Assembly: GCA_051003195.1 (NCBI GenBank) | Contig: JBPCLP010000008.1 | Location: 128,001 to 192,000 of the forward strand | Direction: 5' to 3' | Length of the DNA stretch: 64,000 nucleotides | Source: Candidatus Sumerlaeaceae bacterium | GTDB taxonomy: Bacteria > Sumerlaeota > Sumerlaeia > Sumerlaeales > Sumerlaeaceae | Shown here: piece after piece, positions 60,278 through 64,000 of the stretch | Position numbering within the stretch: position 1 is the stretch's first letter | Layout: each line of letters opens with the position of its first letter | Position numbers and translations under genes: made by a program | Notes under the pieces: generated by a model | Databases searched by the model: none | What the model saw: only the letters and a program-made list of their open reading frames with translations | What the model was told of the DNA's origin: nothing

Positions 60278-60390
60278 TTGCGGCGGTTGATGTACCACGC
60301 AGCTGTGCGTCTCATTTGCTTTTTGAAGGAATCCGTCAGCCGGATGTCGGCATAAATTATGAACAGCGCTGCATATTCCACTTGCAATGC

Positions 60391-60408
60391 GTAGAACGCA
60401 AGTTCTAC
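60391..60408. promoter_or_regulatory. Putative LexA operator (GAAC-N4-GTTC)
   Basis: Palindrome GTAGAAC-GCAA-GTTCTAC ending 33 bp upstream of the lexA ATG. Confidence 0.7.
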
Positions 60409-60441
60409 CGCTAAGTTCAACGCTGCTGAGTAAGGACGCAT

Positions 60442-61092
60442 ATGCCAATTCCGAAGCTACCGGATAAACAAAAGAAGATCCTGGAATTTATCCGGTCAGA
60501 ACATTCGTCGACGGGTGTGTATCCGTCGGTGCGGGAAATTGCCGCCCATATGGAGTTTAAATCGACCAACACGGTGGATTATCACCTGCGTCGCATGGAA
60601 GCTATGGGTGCCATTGAGCGAGGCGGACGGCGTGCGCGCAGCTTCTCAGTAGCCGGGGGCGACCGTGGTACGACGCGGGCCCGTAGCTCCGGCGGATATT
60701 ACGCTGAGCACGGCGGTGTTCCACTGCTGGGTCGAGTGGCGGCAGGCGAGCCCATCCTTGCTGAGCAGCACTACGACGGGATGGTAAACTTTTCCAGCCT
60801 CTTCCATTGTGATGACCAGACTTTCGCACTTAAGGTGCTGGGCGACAGCATGGTGGAAGCGGGCATTGTCGATGGTGACCTGGTTATTGTGCGCCACCAG
60901 CCAAACGTCGCTAACGGCGAAATCGGTGTGGCGGTCATCGGGAACGAAGCCACCGTAAAACGCATTTACGACGAAGGCTCATCCTGGCGTTTACAGCCGG
61001 AGAACACGACGATGAAGCCCATTGTTGTAAAAAAAGGCGAAGAAGACTTTTCAATCGCTGGCCGCGTGGTCGGTGTTGTGCGGAAAATGTAA
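60442..61092 (+). CDS. lexA: SOS repressor LexA
   Basis: PSVREIA wHTH; GRVAAGEP cleavage site; GDSM catalytic Ser; ATVKR catalytic Lys. Confidence 0.96.
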   Translation: MPIPKLPDKQKKILEFIRSEHSSTGVYPSVREIAAHMEFKSTNTVDYHLRRMEAMGAIERGGRRARSFSVAGGDRGTTRARSSGGYYAEHGGVPLLGRVAAGEPILAEQHYDGMVNFSSLFHCDDQTFALKVLGDSMVEAGIVDGDLVIVRHQPNVANGEIGVAVIGNEATVKRIYDEGSSWRLQPENTTMKPIVVKKGEEDFSIAGRVVGVVRKM

Positions 61093-61162
61093 TCCGGTAT
61101 AATCTAAACATAAAGGCTCGCAGCAGTGATCCGCTGCAGCCCTCGATTCCAGTGTCGGGTTC

Positions 61163-62299
61163 CTATACAAGCGCCAGTTCTTCATATATGAGCGTATTGA
61201 GCTCCCGATTCCTCTTCTCGTGCTTCGGCTCGCCCGGCAAACCGTTGAAAATAAGTGCAACTGCGAGCTTTTGGAGGGGATCGGCGTAGGCACTCGTACT
61301 TTGCACTCCGCTGTGGCCAAAGGTGCTCTCTGAAGCATACTTCCCATATCCATACGGTGTGGTTTCAGAACCATATCTGTTAGAATTGATGAGAAAACCA
61401 AACCCCCAATCAATGCGCCCGTGAAGGGTGCGGTCGACCAGACCGCTTCGGGAGCGTTCGGTCATTGTGCGAACCGTCTTCGGACTGAGAGGCCCCGCGC
61501 CAGCAACCCCATTCCACAGGTCGCTGAGCATGTTATAGAACGCGCACAGTTCGCGGGCCGGACCAAGAGCGCCGCCGCCGGGATTGCGCGCGTGTGCACG
61601 CAATTCGTTATCTCCCGCCCAAACGGGCACCTGGTGAGTTCGTAGATCGAGTTGATCCCGGGCGCTGTGGTTTGTATCGTGAAGTGGCGCTATCTCGTCG
61701 CTTTCAAGCATGCTGGTATATTGCCCGGAGGGCAGGCCAATCGATGCTTTTTGACAACGGATTGAGCCGAGGACCTCACGTTGAACGTAGGCGTGAAAAG
61801 CTTCGCCCGTAATCCGCTGCAGGATTTCGGCGAGAAGGTACCACGTTGTCTGCGGATCGTATGCCGCGTAATTGCCGGGCACTCGACCCTCGGGAATGCG
61901 AGCGTTGCAGATTTGCGCGATGATTTCATCCCAGTGCAACCGTGGCCAGTCAACGGCCGGTGGCTCGTAGGCATGTGTGTGCGTGAGGAGATTTTGAATC
62001 TGTATTCCAGATTTGGCATGGGCGGCGAACTCCGGAATGTGATCCGCCACCAAATCCTCCGGCGTGAGCCGGCCCTGCTCCCACAACTGCGCAATGGCGA
62101 CTGCGAGGAGCGGTTTGCCTGCCGACAGCCAGAGCATGCGGTGGTCGGTGCGCAGGGGTTTTCCATCGCGCGCCAGGCCAACCGCGAAGTCCGCAACGAC
62201 GCGCCCCTGCAGGGACACACTCATCTGGGCGCCAATGTGCAGGCCCCTTTCGATACCTTGCTGTAAGAGGGCCGTACAGCGCGGGAGCTCGTTAATCAC
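61163..62299 (-). CDS. Serine hydrolase (beta-lactamase/EstB-like family)
   Basis: SAGK (SxxK), LLTHT, YD and FGHSG motifs. Confidence 0.88.
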   Translation of the reverse strand: MINELPRCTALLQQGIERGLHIGAQMSVSLQGRVVADFAVGLARDGKPLRTDHRMLWLSAGKPLLAVAIAQLWEQGRLTPEDLVADHIPEFAAHAKSGIQIQNLLTHTHAYEPPAVDWPRLHWDEIIAQICNARIPEGRVPGNYAAYDPQTTWYLLAEILQRITGEAFHAYVQREVLGSIRCQKASIGLPSGQYTSMLESDEIAPLHDTNHSARDQLDLRTHQVPVWAGDNELRAHARNPGGGALGPARELCAFYNMLSDLWNGVAGAGPLSPKTVRTMTERSRSGLVDRTLHGRIDWGFGFLINSNRYGSETTPYGYGKYASESTFGHSGVQSTSAYADPLQKLAVALIFNGLPGEPKHEKRNRELNTLIYEELALV

Positions 62300-62343
62300 A
62301 GGCGTTGTTTCCGGCGAGATGAGTTTCGCCTCACGCTACAGCT

Positions 62344-62805
62344 TCAATCGAAGTGCGACTTTGCTTTCTCGAAGCTCTTTCGCAGTTCCCCCAGGGCGGC
62401 TTCGGTACCTGTTGCCATCTCATCCCATGCCTTGCCGCTGCGCGTCTTCAAATCGTCCAGCTTCTTTTCCAGCTCCTCTTTGCGGCGTTCGAGATCGGGC
62501 AACTGTTCCTGGATACGCGCTTTTGCATCCGCGCCCGCCCGGGCTACCCGGGTCTTCAGATCCGCGAGGTTTACGTCGAGCTTCTTTACTTCCTTCTCCA
62601 GTCGTGTCTGCGCCTGGTCTTTCGTCTCGACGGCAAGCGCGCCCGCAGCAGAAAGCGTTTCGCTTGTGCCGCGCTTCAGGCGCTCGACATTATCGTCACG
62701 CTCCAGCTTCTCAGCATGTGCCGGGTGGTCTGCACATCCCGCCATAGCCAGCAGCGTGCAGAGAGAGCAAAGCGGCCACCAATTCCTGATCGTATGTTTT
62801 TTCAT
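62344..62805 (-). CDS. Coiled-coil lipoprotein
   Basis: MKK...LLAMAGC lipobox; amphipathic helices ending in AWDEMATG...ELRKSFEKAKSHF. Confidence 0.75.
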   Translation of the reverse strand: MKKHTIRNWWPLCSLCTLLAMAGCADHPAHAEKLERDDNVERLKRGTSETLSAAGALAVETKDQAQTRLEKEVKKLDVNLADLKTRVARAGADAKARIQEQLPDLERRKEELEKKLDDLKTRSGKAWDEMATGTEAALGELRKSFEKAKSHFD

Positions 62806-62901
62806 GTGCGACGTCTTCCGCCTCGTTGCGCCAATTGCAATCCCGCAGTGCAATCCTGCGCTTTTGCTTGCCTCGCTTCTGACGTTCAACTTGCTGGCGG
62901 T

Positions 62902-63477
62902 ATGAGGCTCATCGTTGGGCTCGGAAACCCGGGCCGCCAGTACGACAACACTCCCCATAATGTCGGGTTTCATGCAATCGACGAGCTGGCGCAACGACAT
63001 GCCGGCAACTGGGCCCTTCAAAGGCGCTTTGACGCGATGACGGCAGAAGTGCGAATCTGGGACCGGAATACGACGCTCCTGAAACCACTGACGTATATGA
63101 ACCTGAGCGGACAAAGTGTGGGCGCGTGGCTGAGCAGGAATGGCGGCGAGCCGTCTGAGATACTGGTCATCAGCGACGACGTGCACCTTCCGCTCGGACG
63201 GATCCGCATTCGAACTGGTGGAAGCCATGGCGGACAAAAGGGCCTGCTTTCGATTATCAACTCACTTGGCACGCTCGAGTTTCCACGGCTGCGCATCGGT
63301 ATTCGGCCTGAAACCGAAGAGGTAACGGACCTGGTGGAGTACGTGCTTCGGAAAGTGAAGCCCGCAGATCGCGACGTTTTTAAACAAAGCTGGAGTGATG
63401 CAGCTGACGCCGTCGAGATGATCTTTAAAAAGGATCTGACGACAGCGATGAATCATTTTAACCGGAAGAACACGTGA
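62902..63477 (+). CDS. pth: Peptidyl-tRNA hydrolase
   Basis: MRLIVGLGNPGRQY..T.HNVGF, KPLTYMNLSG, GSHGGQKG and RLRIGI motifs. Confidence 0.96.
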   Translation: MRLIVGLGNPGRQYDNTPHNVGFHAIDELAQRHAGNWALQRRFDAMTAEVRIWDRNTTLLKPLTYMNLSGQSVGAWLSRNGGEPSEILVISDDVHLPLGRIRIRTGGSHGGQKGLLSIINSLGTLEFPRLRIGIRPETEEVTDLVEYVLRKVKPADRDVFKQSWSDAADAVEMIFKKDLTTAMNHFNRKNT

Positions 63478-63929
63478 CCCCTGACGAGGCCCGGCGTTGG
63501 ATGCGCGAGGCAATTGCGCTGGCCCGGCAGGCGGCGGAACTGGATGAAGTGCCTGTCGGCGCTGTTGTTGTACACAATGACAAGCTGATCGGACAGGCGC
63601 ACGATCTTCGTGTCCAATTGCGTGATCCAACGGCGCACGCCGAAGTGCTGGCACTTCGCCAGGCCGCTGAGCACCTTGGCGATTGGCGTCTGGAAAACTC
63701 CACTCTCGTTGTGACACTGGAACCATGTCCGATGTGCGCGGGAGCTGCCCTGCTTGCACGCATCCCACTGGTTGTGTATGGTGCCAAAAACCCGAAGTTC
63801 GGCGCGGTCGAATCGCAGATGCCGCTTCTCGCCCACAAAGGCTGGAATCACCGTACGCAAACTGTCGCCGGCGTGCTGGAGACAGAATGCGCAGAGCTGC
63901 TGCAACACTACTTTCGCGCGAAGCGCTGA
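63474..63929 (+). CDS. tadA: tRNA adenosine(34) deaminase
   Basis: EVPVGAV, DPTAHAE, TLEPCPMC and NH motifs; GTGA overlap with the pth stop. Confidence 0.93.
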   Translation: MTPDEARRWMREAIALARQAAELDEVPVGAVVVHNDKLIGQAHDLRVQLRDPTAHAEVLALRQAAEHLGDWRLENSTLVVTLEPCPMCAGAALLARIPLVVYGAKNPKFGAVESQMPLLAHKGWNHRTQTVAGVLETECAELLQHYFRAKR

Positions 63930-63956
63930 AGACTACTTTCGCGCGAAGCGCTGAAG
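63907..63956 (+). repeat. Perfect 25-bp tandem duplication of the tadA 3' end
   Basis: ACTACTTTCGCGCGAAGCGCTGAAG twice (63907-63931, 63932-63956). Confidence 0.9.
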
Positions 63957-64000
63957 GCTACTGAACAGCAGAAAGCATGATCAAGTCGCGATCACGGAGC

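Noticed and set aside
62353..62901. Apparent 183-aa N-terminal extension of Pth, and an extension of the opposite lipoprotein ORF to 63237
   Set aside because: Each extension is the antisense of the neighbouring divergent gene; canonical starts exist at 62902 and 62805.

Overview
Bacterial chromosomal window with about 50 CDS, mostly housekeeping and cell-envelope genes (dtd, rdgC-like, tolB, ispH, arcC, pheS, lexA, pth, tadA), carbohydrate and sulfate degradation genes (GH57, GH43, GH2, two sulfatases, FGE), c-di-GMP signalling genes and one tRNA-Ile2(CAU). I found no CRISPR array, integrase or transposase. The C-terminal tails of secreted proteins resemble those I recall from Candidatus Sumerlaeota (BRC1); this assignment is tentative. 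The most notable observations: (1) six dispersed copies of a ~100-bp hairpin element bounded by CTAG/CCAG, three of them overlapping stop codons; (2) a circularly permuted lytic transglycosylase domain; (3) a shared C-terminal DWxLY tail on two unrelated secreted proteins, a candidate protein-sorting signal, plus a second VPVxIS-type tail; (4) a voltage-gated channel with the CavMr-type TLEGWVD filter; (5) a RedB-like CPC protein paired with a His-rich membrane sensor fused to PAS-GGDEF-EAL next to a large adhesin-like gene; (6) a DUF309 gene lacking a canonical start, in frame behind the rdgC-like TGA; (7) a GspC-like/M23 peptidase fusion; (8) a GAAC-N4-GTTC box upstream of lexA. All family calls come from motif recognition by eye, not from database searches.
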